In this document: one piece after another, positions 1 to 10,388 of the stretch
Layout of the letters: each line of letters opens with the position of its first letter
Numbering within the stretch: the stretch's first letter is position 1
Program-made: the position numbers and the translations under genes
Origin: Fimbriimonadia bacterium
GTDB taxonomy: Bacteria > Armatimonadota > Fimbriimonadia > Fimbriimonadales > JABRVX01
DNA: 64,000 bases
Assembly (NCBI GenBank): GCA_041483895.1
Contig: JBGPGO010000006.1
Location: forward strand, 159,198 to 223,197
Direction of reading: 5' to 3'
The notes under the pieces: model-generated
What the model was told of the DNA's origin: nothing
Seen by the model: only the letters and a program-made list of their open reading frames with translations
Databases searched by the model: none

Positions 1-2
1 AA

Positions 3-356
3 CCGCCGCAGCCGAAGGCCGACTATGCCGCATTGCGGAAGGCGGTTGAAGATTCCTTGGCGGCCTATAAGAAGAATCCAAAGGATGCGGATGCAACTTT
101 GGGATACTCCAAGGCGCTGACCGACTATGGCAATGCGATTCAAATGGACCCGGCGTTTTCAAACAAGATCAAGTATCGCCAGGCCATCCAGTTCTTTCGG
201 AAGGCGGTGAAGCTCGACCCGAAAAATGATGAAGCTCAGGCATATTTGAATCAGATCGTGGCCATCTACCATTCAATCCCCAAACCGGTCCCCGGCGAGG
301 CCGAGCCGAACTTGGAACTCCCGAAAGCGGAGTCGGGCGGCTCTCCTCAGGGATAG
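3..356 (+). CDS. TPR-repeat protein, 5'-truncated by window edge
   Basis: Frame is open from position 3 (PPQPKADYAALRKAVE...). TPR-like helix pair YRQAIQFFRKAVKLDPKNDEAQAYL. Confidence 0.7.
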   Translation, partial: PPQPKADYAALRKAVEDSLAAYKKNPKDADATLGYSKALTDYGNAIQMDPAFSNKIKYRQAIQFFRKAVKLDPKNDEAQAYLNQIVAIYHSIPKPVPGEAEPNLELPKAESGGSPQG

Positions 357-360
357 TCCA

Positions 361-885
361 ATGAAGAGCTTCGATGTCAAGCCGGTTTCTGGAATCGAGC
401 CGGCGCTGGGGCTGCAGCTTGCCATGCTGGCGAACACCACCTGGGAGGCGCGGGACGATTTGGGGCGCGTGGGCGTCGAGGCTTTGCGCTGGCAGGCCTT
501 TCCCGGCGGGCACAGCATCGGGGGTGTTCTCCTTCATGTGATCGATGTGGAGGCCTATTGGGTCGAGCGGGTGGGGGCGAAGAAGCGGCCCGATCCGGAG
601 GAGTTGAAGCTGCTCATGGCCGATGAGATAGACCAGGGCCGCGAGAAGTGGCCGACGCCGCCGAAGAGGCCGCTTTCCTGGTACTACGAGTTGCAGGATC
701 GGGTTCGGGAGCGGACGATCCGGACAGTGGGGGAGCTTGGCCGTTCGGATTTGGCGTCGGAGCGATCGTCCGGCGGGCACAAGATGCGGTTTACGTTGCG
801 ATGGATTTTGAGTCATGTGATTCAGCATGAGGCGTATCATTCCGGGCAGGCAGTGTTGTTGAAGATGTTGCATAAGCGGCGTTGA
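361..885 (+). CDS. DinB/DUF664 family metal-binding four-helix-bundle protein
   Basis: SIGGVLLHVIDVEAYW and C-terminal WILSHVIQHEAYHSGQ His motifs typical of the DinB superfamily. Confidence 0.85.
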   Translation: MKSFDVKPVSGIEPALGLQLAMLANTTWEARDDLGRVGVEALRWQAFPGGHSIGGVLLHVIDVEAYWVERVGAKKRPDPEELKLLMADEIDQGREKWPTPPKRPLSWYYELQDRVRERTIRTVGELGRSDLASERSSGGHKMRFTLRWILSHVIQHEAYHSGQAVLLKMLHKRR

Positions 886-894
886 CTTCGCTTC

Positions 895-1140
895 GTAACG
901 CTGCCTTCCAGGCGGCATACTTTGCGACTCGGTCGGGAGACCGGTCGCATCGCCTCGGGGCGGTAACGCTGCCGTCCAGGCGGCATCTTCTTTGCGACTC
1001 GGTCAGGAGACCGGTCGCATCCGCAGAGAACCTTGCGACTCGGTCGGGAGACCGGTCGCATCGTCGCATCGTCGCATCGTCGCATCGTCAGGACACTTGC
1101 GACTCGGTCTGGAGACCGGTCGCATCGAACCGGTCGCATC
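895..1140. repeat. BIME-like cluster of palindromic repeats (family A plus GTAA-headed companion repeat)
   Basis: TGCGACTCGGTCNGGAGACCGGTCGCATC at 923-951, 993-1021, 1034-1062, 1098-1126, plus a partial copy at 1129-1140. GTAACGCTGCCKTCCAGGCGGCA at 895-917 and 963-985. GTCGCATC x3 at 1063-1086. Confidence 0.9.
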
Positions 1141-1141
1141 A

Positions 1142-2293
1142 TCAGTAAAGGAACATGGGCTTGTTGAGGACGTGGCGGACGACCGGCTTATACCGCTCGG
1201 CATCGTAGAACTCCTCCACATCCACCTGCTTCCGGCATGTCCCCACGTCTTCTAACGGCGTCGTGCCGTAGTTGCCGGAATGGATGGCGATGAGCTTGCC
1301 CGTTTCGCCGCGCCCCAGCAGCTGCGCAGCAAGGTGCCCGAAACTTAATGCGACCATTCTGTCAAGCGAATCCGGCGTGCCCCCGCGCATCAGGTAGCCG
1401 AGGCTTTGCGATATCGTCTGCTCCCCAGAGATACGCTCGATCTGCTTCGCCACCATCTCTCCGATGCCGCCGAGCTTTTTGTGGCCATAGGCATCCGGTT
1501 CGCCCCCTTCAATGACCTGGCCATCGATCGTCCGCGCCCCTTCGGAGATGGTCATGACCGCATAGTCGCTCGGGCTCCCGGCTTTATCCGCCTTGAGGAA
1601 AAAGGCAAGCTTCTCGATATCGAACGGCACCTCGGAGATGACGGCGCGGTCGACGTTCGCCAGATAGGCGCTGATGAGAGATGTTTCGCCCGAATTACGG
1701 CCGAACAGCTCGATGACGGCGATGCGCTCGTGGGAGCCGGCCGGAGTTCTAAGGCTGGTGATGAAGTCCACGCTGCGGGTGATGGCGGTCGAAAATCCGA
1801 TGCAGTAGTCGGTTCCATACACGTCGTTGTCCATGGTCTTCGGGACCGCAACGACTTGCACTCCCTCCTTATGCAGCCGGGTCGCATAGCTCAGGGTGTC
1901 GTCGCCGCCGATGACGACGAGGGCCTCGATATGGAGATGGTCGAGAACGCGCAAGACATGCTTTGTGTGATCGCGGCGCTCGTCCGGGTCTTCCCCGCCT
2001 TGGAGCAAGAAGGCCGGGGTGTGCCTGTTTCGCACGCTTTGGGGGTTGGTGCGGGAGGTGTGCAAAATGGTGCCGCCCGTGCGGTCTATGGTCCGGACCG
2101 AAAGACGGTTGAGCGGCCGGAGCCACTCTTCCTGGGCCTCATCGAGGTCCGGGTTGAAGTTGAGCAGTCCGGCCCATCCGCGCCGGATGCCGATTAGGTC
2201 GTGGCCGGCATCGATCAGGTCGTCCGCTGCGGCTTTGATACATGCATTGAGGCCGGGCACATCTCCCCCGCCCGTCAAAATCCCTACACGCAC
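1142..2293 (-). CDS. pfkA: 6-phosphofructokinase family, probably pyrophosphate-dependent
   Basis: [32 protein letters not shown] and ELFGR motifs. GGDD plus PKT is the PPi-type signature. Confidence 0.9.
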   Translation of the reverse strand: MRVGILTGGGDVPGLNACIKAAADDLIDAGHDLIGIRRGWAGLLNFNPDLDEAQEEWLRPLNRLSVRTIDRTGGTILHTSRTNPQSVRNRHTPAFLLQGGEDPDERRDHTKHVLRVLDHLHIEALVVIGGDDTLSYATRLHKEGVQVVAVPKTMDNDVYGTDYCIGFSTAITRSVDFITSLRTPAGSHERIAVIELFGRNSGETSLISAYLANVDRAVISEVPFDIEKLAFFLKADKAGSPSDYAVMTISEGARTIDGQVIEGGEPDAYGHKKLGGIGEMVAKQIERISGEQTISQSLGYLMRGGTPDSLDRMVALSFGHLAAQLLGRGETGKLIAIHSGNYGTTPLEDVGTCRKQVDVEEFYDAERYKPVVRHVLNKPMFLY

Positions 2294-2423
2294 TCTGTAA
2301 TCCTCACGCTTAGAGTCTACCCAGTCAGCCGCGCTTGGGAAGGACCATCGGCGGGCTGAGTAGAAAGTTGAGGTGCAATAGTGCTATAAGCATTGCCAAT
2401 GCCCATACGCGCGAGGTTTTGAA

Positions 2424-5087
2424 TTGAGATTGATTCAAGTTTTGCTCCTGACGGCCCTGTTCTGCCCGTCTCTTTCGATCGCGGACGACAAGCCGCCGCC
2501 CACGACTCTTACTGCCAGTATCCTCAACAACTTTGAATGGAGAAACATCGGTCCATCCAGCATGGGAGGCCGCGTCTCCGACATCGCCGTGGACCCGCAG
2601 CATCCGTACGTGATCTACGTCGGCCTGTCGACCGGCGGCGTGATCAAGTCCACGAATAATGGCACGAATTGGAGCCCGCTTTTCGATGATCAACCTGCGC
2701 TGTCGATCGGCGCGGTGGCGGTCGCCCCGTCCAACCCGGATATCGTCTGGGTCGGAACCGGGGAGCCGAACGGCCGGAACAGCTCCGGGTGGGGCGACGG
2801 GGTCTACAAGTCGACCGACGGGGGCAAGTCGTGGAACATGATGGGTCTGGCCGACGCCCGGCATTGCGCCCGCATCCTGATCGATCCGAAGAACCCCGAC
2901 ATCGTTTGGGTGGCGGCGGTCGGGCATTTGTGGGACACCAATGAGACCCGTGGCGTGTTCAAAACCGCAGACGGCGGCAAGACCTGGAAGCATGTTCTGA
3001 AGATTGACGACAAGACCGGATGTATCGACCTGGCGATGGGAACGGATGGGATGATGTATGCGGCGATGTACCAGCGGCTTCGAACCCCTTGGAGCTTCTC
3101 CGGAACGGGGGACACCGCCGGGCTGTATCGGTCGAAGGATGCCGGCGAGACGTGGGAGAGGCTGAAGAAGGGGCTGCCGGAGCCGCCACTAGGCCGCATT
3201 GGCGTCAGCGTATCGCTCAGCAATCCCAAGGTCGTGATGGCGGTCATTGAATCCCAGCGTGGAGGCGGAGGGTCGATCAATACCGAACGGAGCAAAGAAG
3301 GCGGAATCTTTCGATCCGAAGACGGTGGCGATCACTGGGAGCGGATGAGTCAGAACGTGCCGCGCGGATTCTACTTCGGCCAACTGCGCGTCGATCCAAA
3401 GGACGACAAGAAGGTGTATCTACTCGGCACCAACCTGACGATGTCCACCGATGCGGGAAAGACCTTTAAGGCCTTTGGGCGCGGTATTCACCCCGATTTC
3501 CATGCGCTCTGGATCGATCCCGCCAACACGGACCGGGCAATCTGCGGCTGCGACGGTGGAATCTTCGCGACGTACGATGCCGGCAAGACCTGGGATGCGA
3601 TCAGCAATTTCCCGATGTCGCAGTTCTATGAAATCGCCGCGGACAATCGCGATCCGTTCCACGTCTATGGCGGGCTGCAAGACAACGACTGTTGGGAGGC
3701 GCCCAGCGCCACGAAGACCTCTACGGGCGTCAGCAACGCCGATTGGATGGACCTTCAGGCCGGCGGGGACGGATTCTATGCCGCGCCGGATATTCGCAAT
3801 CCCAACATCATCTATTTCGAATCGCAGGGCGGAAGCATTACTCGCATGGACCGCACCACGGGACGCCGCAAGGGAATTCGGCTGTTTGCCCCGGAGGGGA
3901 GCCAGTCCATCCGATTCAACTGGAATACGCCGTTCATGCTTTCCCGTCACAATCCGGACAACCTGCTGGTCGGCGGAAATAAGTTGTTCAAGGTTTGGCA
4001 GGAAGGGGACAGCTTCGAGCCGATCAGCCCGGACTTGACGAAGAACAACCCGGCCCGGATCAACACGGAAGGTTCCGGCGCGGAGACCTACGGCACGATT
4101 GTCACCATCGATGAGTCGCCAATGAAAGAGGGCGTGATCTGGTGCGGCACGGACGATGGGAACGTACAGGTGACCCAAGATTACGGCAAGACCTGGGAGA
4201 ATGTTGGCGTTCATCTTCCCAAAGAGATACAGGAGTTTTACGTGCAGCGGGTCGCGGCGTCGAAATATGATCTCGGCACCGCGTACCTTGCCGTCGGCGG
4301 CCATCGCAACGGAGTCACCAAGCCGTTCCTATTCAAGACTACGGACTTTGGGAAGACCTGGAAGCCCATCATGGGGGATCTCCCCGATAATGGACCGATC
4401 CAGACCGTGCGGGAAGGCTGTGTCGCGCCCGGCGTTCTGTTTGTGGGGACGACATTCGGATGCTTTGTTTCCAATAACGATGGCGGACATTGGGAGAAGC
4501 TGATGAAGGGGCTGCCTACCGTCGAGGTGGATGACCTGTTCGTCCATCCCCGCGACCACGCGATTGCGGCCGCGACGCATGGACGAGGTGTGTACATTCT
4601 CGACAACGTCTGCGCTTTGGAGGAGCTAACGCCGGAAGTGATGGCGAAGGATGTCCATCTGTGCGCCATTCCGGCCACCTCCGTCTATCCAATCATCCCC
4701 GGTCCCCAGCTTTCCAGCCGCGAATATGTCGCCCGAAATCCTTATCGGGGAGCGGTCATCTACTATTGGCTGAAGGCCACCACCAAAGAGACGCCGCGGA
4801 TATCGATCCAAGACAGCGGCGGCAAGGAAGTGTTCGGCGACAATGGGGAGAAGGAGGCCGGTTTGCAGCGGGTTCGCTGGGACCTGCGGAGGCCGGACGA
4901 ATCCGGCACGGGCGGTGGCGGGCGGCGGTTCAATCCGGATTTCACACCCAGCGTTAGCGTGGACCCTGGTGTCTATACCGTGACCCTACGGATCGGCTCC
5001 CAAAGCTGGACGCAGGAGCTGACCGTGCGGGAACCCGTGGAAGATGCCAAGCCTGCCGAGAAGCCGAAAGAAGGCCCCGGCGGATAA
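2424..5087 (+). CDS. Secreted BNR/VPS10 (sortilin-like) beta-propeller protein, glycosyl-hydrolase-like
   Basis: Signal peptide, WRNIGPSSMGGRVSDI start, many SxDGGxTW Asp-box repeats, GGLQDN motif. Confidence 0.85.
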   Translation: MRLIQVLLLTALFCPSLSIADDKPPPTTLTASILNNFEWRNIGPSSMGGRVSDIAVDPQHPYVIYVGLSTGGVIKSTNNGTNWSPLFDDQPALSIGAVAVAPSNPDIVWVGTGEPNGRNSSGWGDGVYKSTDGGKSWNMMGLADARHCARILIDPKNPDIVWVAAVGHLWDTNETRGVFKTADGGKTWKHVLKIDDKTGCIDLAMGTDGMMYAAMYQRLRTPWSFSGTGDTAGLYRSKDAGETWERLKKGLPEPPLGRIGVSVSLSNPKVVMAVIESQRGGGGSINTERSKEGGIFRSEDGGDHWERMSQNVPRGFYFGQLRVDPKDDKKVYLLGTNLTMSTDAGKTFKAFGRGIHPDFHALWIDPANTDRAICGCDGGIFATYDAGKTWDAISNFPMSQFYEIAADNRDPFHVYGGLQDNDCWEAPSATKTSTGVSNADWMDLQAGGDGFYAAPDIRNPNIIYFESQGGSITRMDRTTGRRKGIRLFAPEGSQSIRFNWNTPFMLSRHNPDNLLVGGNKLFKVWQEGDSFEPISPDLTKNNPARINTEGSGAETYGTIVTIDESPMKEGVIWCGTDDGNVQVTQDYGKTWENVGVHLPKEIQEFYVQRVAASKYDLGTAYLAVGGHRNGVTKPFLFKTTDFGKTWKPIMGDLPDNGPIQTVREGCVAPGVLFVGTTFGCFVSNNDGGHWEKLMKGLPTVEVDDLFVHPRDHAIAAATHGRGVYILDNVCALEELTPEVMAKDVHLCAIPATSVYPIIPGPQLSSREYVARNPYRGAVIYYWLKATTKETPRISIQDSGGKEVFGDNGEKEAGLQRVRWDLRRPDESGTGGGGRRFNPDFTPSVSVDPGVYTVTLRIGSQSWTQELTVREPVEDAKPAEKPKEGPGG

Positions 5088-5202
5088 TAGGCCGGTAGGA
5101 GTACGAGCGATGACCCGGAATCCCTGCGCCTCGGCGGGATTTTGGCAACAATTGGTTTAATTCGTCTGCATTCGCGCGGACGCACGTGTAAGGGAGCACA
5201 CA

Positions 5203-5700
5203 ATGATTTCTAAGGTCGTTTCCGTTTCAATCGGCTTCGGGTTGGGGATGGCGAGCCTGATTGCCATGCCGACGTTTTCCCTGAAGCAGGATTTCGCCGC
5301 CACAATCAAGCCGGATACTCTGAAGACTATGATCTCTGGGCTTGGGTACGAGATGAAGGATTTGACCACAGAGAAATGGGAGTTCACCGTAACAAAATCG
5401 AACACGGACATTCCTATCGCGGCGGAAATCAGCAAGAGCGGCGCGCGGATCTGGCTCACAGTGTTCTTGGGGACTATCAGTGCGAAGGACAAGGGCGATG
5501 CCGGCTACATGCTGGAGCTCTTGAAAAAGAACTCTGAAATCCAGCCTGTCCAGTTCTACTCCACTGAGAAAGATGAACTGATGATGGGGCTCCCCCTCGA
5601 CAATCGGGGAATGTCACCCGCAATCTTGCGCAAACAGATCGATTTCTTGACCGACCAGGTCGTCGCAACCGATAAGCTCTGGAACAATCGGGGCAAGTAG
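5203..5700 (+). CDS. Secreted YbjN/CesT-chaperone-like domain protein
   Basis: Hydrophobic N-terminus, then a YbjN-like pattern (IWLTVFLG, ELLKKN, LDNRGMSPAILRKQID). RBS AAGGGAG upstream. Confidence 0.55.
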   Translation: MISKVVSVSIGFGLGMASLIAMPTFSLKQDFAATIKPDTLKTMISGLGYEMKDLTTEKWEFTVTKSNTDIPIAAEISKSGARIWLTVFLGTISAKDKGDAGYMLELLKKNSEIQPVQFYSTEKDELMMGLPLDNRGMSPAILRKQIDFLTDQVVATDKLWNNRGK

Positions 5701-5702
5701 CG

Positions 5703-6512
5703 CTACGGCAGATTGAGCGGCAGGCCGGGGACGGACCTTTTCATGGCAATCACCCGGCCATGCTCCGCTTCCGTTACGTACAGAACCTGGTTTTCCGGCC
5801 CTCCGAAGCAGCAGTTGGTAGGATTGCTTCCGCCGGCATCCAGCTCCTCGACCACATTCCCATTGGGGTCGATTCGGGCGACGACACCTTTTCCGAAATG
5901 GGCGGCGTAGAGATAGCCTTCCTGATCGAACGCCATGCCATCCGGTCCCCGGTCGCCTTGCAACTGGGCGAAAAGCTGCGGCGGGCCGTCCGGCAGCTCG
6001 ATGCGATAGAAGCTGCGGGTCCATGTGACGGCAAAGTAGATGAACTTCGCTTTCGCATCGATGGCGATGCCGTTGGGAAACGGGAAGCCGTCCGCGAGAA
6101 CCGTGGCCTTGCCGACAGAGTCGCAGGCTATGACGCGGCCGATCGGGTCCTCGATCGACGATCCTTTGGGATCGGTGAAGTAGAGGACGCCGTTGGGGCC
6201 GAAGCAGAGGTCATTCGGGCCGTTGAGCGGCATGCCGTCCGCCTGATCGCAATAGTTGGAGACATGGCCGTGCTTGGAGATTTGCAGGATGCTGCGATGT
6301 TGGGAGTCCGGGACGAACATCTCGCCGAAGTTGTTGAAGGCGATGGAGACGGGGATGCCATGGGTGTCCGCGAACTCCTCAACGCTGCCGGTATCGCCCA
6401 GGCGGTGGATGAGGCCGGTATCGCAATCTACCCAATGGAGCCTTCCTTCGCTATCAATCGCAGGTCCTTCCGGAAACACCATTCCCTCAGCAATCACAAC
6501 AAAATTGGACAT
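5703..6512 (-). CDS. SMP-30/gluconolactonase/LRE family protein
   Basis: FPEGP, PND, FPNGI, PDGMAFD and PTNCCFGG motifs. Confidence 0.9.
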   Translation of the reverse strand: MSNFVVIAEGMVFPEGPAIDSEGRLHWVDCDTGLIHRLGDTGSVEEFADTHGIPVSIAFNNFGEMFVPDSQHRSILQISKHGHVSNYCDQADGMPLNGPNDLCFGPNGVLYFTDPKGSSIEDPIGRVIACDSVGKATVLADGFPFPNGIAIDAKAKFIYFAVTWTRSFYRIELPDGPPQLFAQLQGDRGPDGMAFDQEGYLYAAHFGKGVVARIDPNGNVVEELDAGGSNPTNCCFGGPENQVLYVTEAEHGRVIAMKRSVPGLPLNLP

Positions 6513-6590
6513 CGCTAACCCTCCCGCAACCCGTGGACGTATAATAGTTGTAGGCCAACGGGCCCTAAGTTACCAGGGGGAGCAAGTACT

Positions 6591-7298
6591 TTGTTTGCGT
6601 CAGCAGGATATTTTCCGGGGAGCGTGGCGGAAGCGCCGGCGGATGTACGGGCCGGTTTCCTCCGCAAAGTCTATGGCTATTTCTTTTTGACCGTGCTCAC
6701 GTCTCTGGTCGCCGGTTTCGCGGTGGCGGGTTCTGATTCTCTAATGGTCGCCGCCCTGCATGCCCGGTTGTTCACATTCCTGCCGCTGCTGCTCATGGCA
6801 CTTTACCTCCGCTTTGCGATTCGGCAGAACTCGGCGAATACTGTTGTGATGTTTCTTTTCGCCGCGATTATCGGCGCGACACTGGCTCCCTATGTCACTT
6901 TGCTCAATCGGCAGATTCCCGGCGTGGGTTTGCAGGCGGGGATACTGACCGCGAGCGTATTCGGCGGGCTGAGTTGGTACGCATGGTTTTCCAAGAAGGA
7001 CTTTAGTTTTCTGGGCGGGTTCCTGTTTATGGGCCTCTTAGGGTTGGTGCTTGTGGGACTGCTCTCTATGTTCGGTAGCATTTTCCGCATCTTTCCTCCT
7101 TCGTTTGTCATCCTCGCCTATTGCTACGTCGGGGTTCTCGTCTTTAGCGGATATGTGCTATTCGACACGTCCCGGATATTATATCGCTATCCCCCGACGG
7201 CGGTTATTCCCGCAGTTTTGGCGCTCTATCTGGATATCGTCAATCTGTTCATATACATCCTTCAAATTCTAGCCATGAATCAGCGGCGCAGGGATTAG
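6591..7298 (+). CDS. Bax inhibitor-1/YccA family membrane protein
   Basis: RAGFLRKVY start, KDFSFLGGFL, FSGYVLFDTS, ALYLDIVNLF. About 7 TM segments. Confidence 0.9.
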   Translation: MFASAGYFPGSVAEAPADVRAGFLRKVYGYFFLTVLTSLVAGFAVAGSDSLMVAALHARLFTFLPLLLMALYLRFAIRQNSANTVVMFLFAAIIGATLAPYVTLLNRQIPGVGLQAGILTASVFGGLSWYAWFSKKDFSFLGGFLFMGLLGLVLVGLLSMFGSIFRIFPPSFVILAYCYVGVLVFSGYVLFDTSRILYRYPPTAVIPAVLALYLDIVNLFIYILQILAMNQRRRD

Positions 7299-7301
7299 CG
7301 G

Positions 7302-8288
7302 TTGCGCGGGGAATTTGACTGCGTGCTTCCCCGTGAAGAAGGCTATTACCTCGATAAGCTCCGCAAGCTGCATTTGGCGATTCGCTCTCACGTGTATGGC
7401 CAGATGCGGGGGCAGGATCCGGCTCTGCTTCGGGAGGTTGCGCGGGAGGCAGCGGACGACACGATTTTCCGGCTCGATGAGGGCGTTGAGCGGATTGTCT
7501 TGGACTATTGCGCGGATTGGGGCGCGGAATGTCCGTTTGTGCTGGTTGCCGAGGGGATTGAAGGAGGACGATTGGTGTTCCCTACCGGTCACTCGTCCGG
7601 CGATGCGGAATTCGTTTTGATCATGGATCCTGTCGACGGGACGCGGCCGCTGATGTACGATAAGCGCTCCGGTTGGACGCTGTCCGCGGTCGCGGTCAAT
7701 CATGGAATCGAGACGACGAGCGATGACATCGTGTTGGCTGTGCAAACGGAACTGCCGACTTCGCGGCAATACATGGCGGTGCACCTTTGGGCGGTGCAGG
7801 GGCAAGGCTATTGGGCGGAAAACCACGACCTGATTGCCGGCAAGGTCGCGCCGATGCAGCTTCGGCCGAGCCAAGCCCGCACGATGGAAAACGGATTTGG
7901 CGGGTTTGTGAAGTTTTTTCCCGCCGGAAAGCTGGAGGCGGCGCAGTTGGAACAGGCGCTTTGGGACCGGTTGGGGTTGGGCTCCGCCGCGATTTTCGAC
8001 GACCAATATATCTCCACCGGCGGACAGCTCTACCAACTCATGGCGGGCCACGATCGGTTTGTGGCCGATATCCGGCCAGCGCTGCATGGTCCCGGCGTTT
8101 TCTGCTCTCATCCGTATGATATTTGCACGGCATTGATAGCGCAATCGGCAGGCGTGGTGCTGACGGATTTGAGCGGCGGTCCGCTGACGTTTCCGCTCGA
8201 TACATCAACGAACGTGGGCTGGGTGGGCTATGCGAACGATGGATTGCGCGACCTGATCCAGAGGGAGCTGATGGAGGCGCTCGAGTAA
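7302..8288 (+). CDS. Inositol monophosphatase-like (FIG superfamily) protein
   Basis: AEG...MDPVDGT metal-binding motif and HPYDIC...IAQSAGVVLTD. Confidence 0.75.
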   Translation: MRGEFDCVLPREEGYYLDKLRKLHLAIRSHVYGQMRGQDPALLREVAREAADDTIFRLDEGVERIVLDYCADWGAECPFVLVAEGIEGGRLVFPTGHSSGDAEFVLIMDPVDGTRPLMYDKRSGWTLSAVAVNHGIETTSDDIVLAVQTELPTSRQYMAVHLWAVQGQGYWAENHDLIAGKVAPMQLRPSQARTMENGFGGFVKFFPAGKLEAAQLEQALWDRLGLGSAAIFDDQYISTGGQLYQLMAGHDRFVADIRPALHGPGVFCSHPYDICTALIAQSAGVVLTDLSGGPLTFPLDTSTNVGWVGYANDGLRDLIQRELMEALE

Positions 8289-8698
8289 TGGCAACGCGAG
8301 AGCTGACAGTTAAGACGCAAGGCAATACCGACATTGTGGATATCACACCTCAATTATTGGAAGTGGTGCATCGGAGCGGCGTTGAAAGCGGCGTCGTTTG
8401 CCTGTTCGTCGTTGGGTCCACGGCCGGGATCACGACGATGGAATATGAACCAGGATTGATTGCAGATATGCGAAGGACATTCGAGCAGATTGCGCCGGAG
8501 AATGCGGTGTACGCGCATGAGGAGCGATGGCATGACGACAATGGGCATTCGCATATCCGGGCATCATTGGTCGGACCATCGCTCTCGGTACCGATCACGC
8601 ATGGAAAGCCGGACCTTGGCGAATGGCAGCAGGTGGTGGTGATCGACTTTGACACGCGGCCGCGCGACCGGACCATTATCGTTAAGATTGTTGGATGA
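8288..8698 (+). CDS. yjbQ: YjbQ/UPF0047 family protein
   Basis: GSTAGITTMEYEPGL, HDDNGHSHIRASLVG and LGEWQ motifs. ATG at 8288 overlaps the upstream TAA. Confidence 0.9.
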   Translation: MATRELTVKTQGNTDIVDITPQLLEVVHRSGVESGVVCLFVVGSTAGITTMEYEPGLIADMRRTFEQIAPENAVYAHEERWHDDNGHSHIRASLVGPSLSVPITHGKPDLGEWQQVVVIDFDTRPRDRTIIVKIVG

Positions 8699-8707
8699 TT
8701 ATTTGGA

Positions 8708-8760
8708 CCCCCACCCAACCCTCCCCCTTTTACAGGCTGCCGCCTGAAAAAAGGGGAGGG
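8708..8760. repeat. CCCTCCCC...GGGGAGGG palindromic repeat (family D), likely also a bidirectional terminator
   Basis: CCCCCACCCAACCCTCCCCCTTTT-ACAGGC/GCCTG-AAAAAAGGGGAGGG between convergent yjbQ and pckA. Related copy at 52152-52189. Confidence 0.75.
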
Positions 8761-8772
8761 CTTTTAACATCT

Positions 8773-10311
8773 TTAGCCGGTCGGGGTCGGGACTTTTAGG
8801 GTTGCCGCACGCTGCTCAAACAACGCGGCTACTTTCGCCGCCTGCTGATCGTATGCGGCGGGATTGGACCACGCTACGCGAGGCATCAAGACCTTGGAAG
8901 GGACGCCGGGACATTCCCTGGGAACCATGAGGCCGAACACCGGCTCTTGATGGAACGACACGTCACATAGCTGGTTGCTGATCGCGGCATCGACCATGGC
9001 GCGAGTGTATTTGATGTTCATGCGGCTGCCGACGCCGAACGGCCCGCCGGTCCAACCGGTATTAACGAGCCAGACCTGCGAGTCATGCTTCTTGATGCGT
9101 TCGCCAAGCATCGCGGCATAGGTGGTCGGCGTCAGCGGCAGAAACGGCGCGCCGAAGCAGGAGCTGAAGGTGGTCGTTGGTTCATTCACACCAGCCTCCG
9201 TACCTGCGACCCTCGCCGTGTATCCCATCAGAAAATGATACATAGTCTGTTCGACAGAAAGCTTCGACATGGGCGGCAGAACGCCGAACGCGTCGCAGGT
9301 TAGAAACATGATATGATCCGGATGGCCGCCGAGACTCGGTATCACCGCTCCTTCGATGTAGTCGATGGGATACGCGGCGCGAGTGTTTTCCGTAATACTG
9401 TCATTGTCATATTCCGGGATTCGCGTTAAGGGATCAATGACAACATTTTCCAACACGCTGCCATACCGGATCGCATGATAGATTTGTGGCTCGAACTCCT
9501 CCGATAATCGTATACATTTCGCGTAGCAGCCGCCCTCGAAATTGAATATTCCGTCGTCAGCCCATCCGTGCTCATCATCGCCAATTAGTCGCCTTTTCGG
9601 ATCGGCGGAAAGGGAGGTCTTGCCGGTGCCGGACAGGCCAAAAAACAGCGCTGTGTCTCCATCCGGACCTTCGTTTGCGGAGCAGTGCATGCTCAATACG
9701 CCCTTTTTTGGCAGAATGTAGTTCAACAGCGTGAAGACCGCTTTTTTCATCTCGCCGGCATATTGCGTTCCACCGATAAGTATAATTTTGCGCCCGAGAT
9801 GGATGAGGATGAACGCTTCCGAGCGAGTCCCGTCCACTTCCGGGACTGCCTGAAAGTTGCAGACGTCGATGATCGTAAAATCCGCCATATGAGATTGCAG
9901 CTCGTCCTCCGTCGGACGAATCAGAAGCTGCTTGACAAACATTGCATGCCATGCCTTTTCGGTGACAAATCGCACGGAGATACGGTGTGCGGGATGGGCG
10001 CCGCCATAGCAGTCCGTGACATACACATCTTTGTCTATTAGATATGCGCGGACCTTACCATAGAGCGCGTCGAAGGTGGCCTCTGGGATCGGCTGATTGA
10101 CCTCGCCCCAGTCGATGCTTTCTTTCGACGTGGGTTCTTCTACGAAGAATTTGTCCTTTGGGGTGCGGCCCGTGTATTTGCCGGTCTCCGCGACGAGAGC
10201 CCCGTTGGAGGCAATCCTTGCCTCCCCCCTGCCAACTGCCTTTTCCATGAGTTCAGCTACGCTTAGGTTGTAGTGAACCCTACCATTTATTTGAATATCA
10301 AGTTTCTGCAT
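8773..10311 (-). CDS. pckA: Phosphoenolpyruvate carboxykinase (ATP)
   Basis: YAGEMKK, MHCSAN, FGLSGTGKT (P-loop), LIGDDEHGW, NFEGGCYAK, ENTRAAYP. Confidence 0.97.
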   Translation of the reverse strand: MQKLDIQINGRVHYNLSVAELMEKAVGRGEARIASNGALVAETGKYTGRTPKDKFFVEEPTSKESIDWGEVNQPIPEATFDALYGKVRAYLIDKDVYVTDCYGGAHPAHRISVRFVTEKAWHAMFVKQLLIRPTEDELQSHMADFTIIDVCNFQAVPEVDGTRSEAFILIHLGRKIILIGGTQYAGEMKKAVFTLLNYILPKKGVLSMHCSANEGPDGDTALFFGLSGTGKTSLSADPKRRLIGDDEHGWADDGIFNFEGGCYAKCIRLSEEFEPQIYHAIRYGSVLENVVIDPLTRIPEYDNDSITENTRAAYPIDYIEGAVIPSLGGHPDHIMFLTCDAFGVLPPMSKLSVEQTMYHFLMGYTARVAGTEAGVNEPTTTFSSCFGAPFLPLTPTTYAAMLGERIKKHDSQVWLVNTGWTGGPFGVGSRMNIKYTRAMVDAAISNQLCDVSFHQEPVFGLMVPRECPGVPSKVLMPRVAWSNPAAYDQQAAKVAALFEQRAATLKVPTPTG

Positions 10312-10388
10312 TCCTCACCTTTGAAGAACTGAAGTTGTGTAAGGATACCCGGTCGGGGTTCCCGGCGTAACGGTATAATCTGAGAGAC

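Noticed and set aside
923..1140. CRISPR array (four 29-nt palindromic repeats)
   Set aside because: Spacers are 41, 12 and 35 nt and are themselves made of repeats. There is no leader or cas gene, and the same unit is dispersed at 50.1 and 56.5 kb, so it behaves like a REP/BIME.
791..1255. Short ORFs with repeated CDRSPDRVA peptides
   Set aside because: These are translations of the palindromic DNA repeats in several frames, with no RBS or coding signal.
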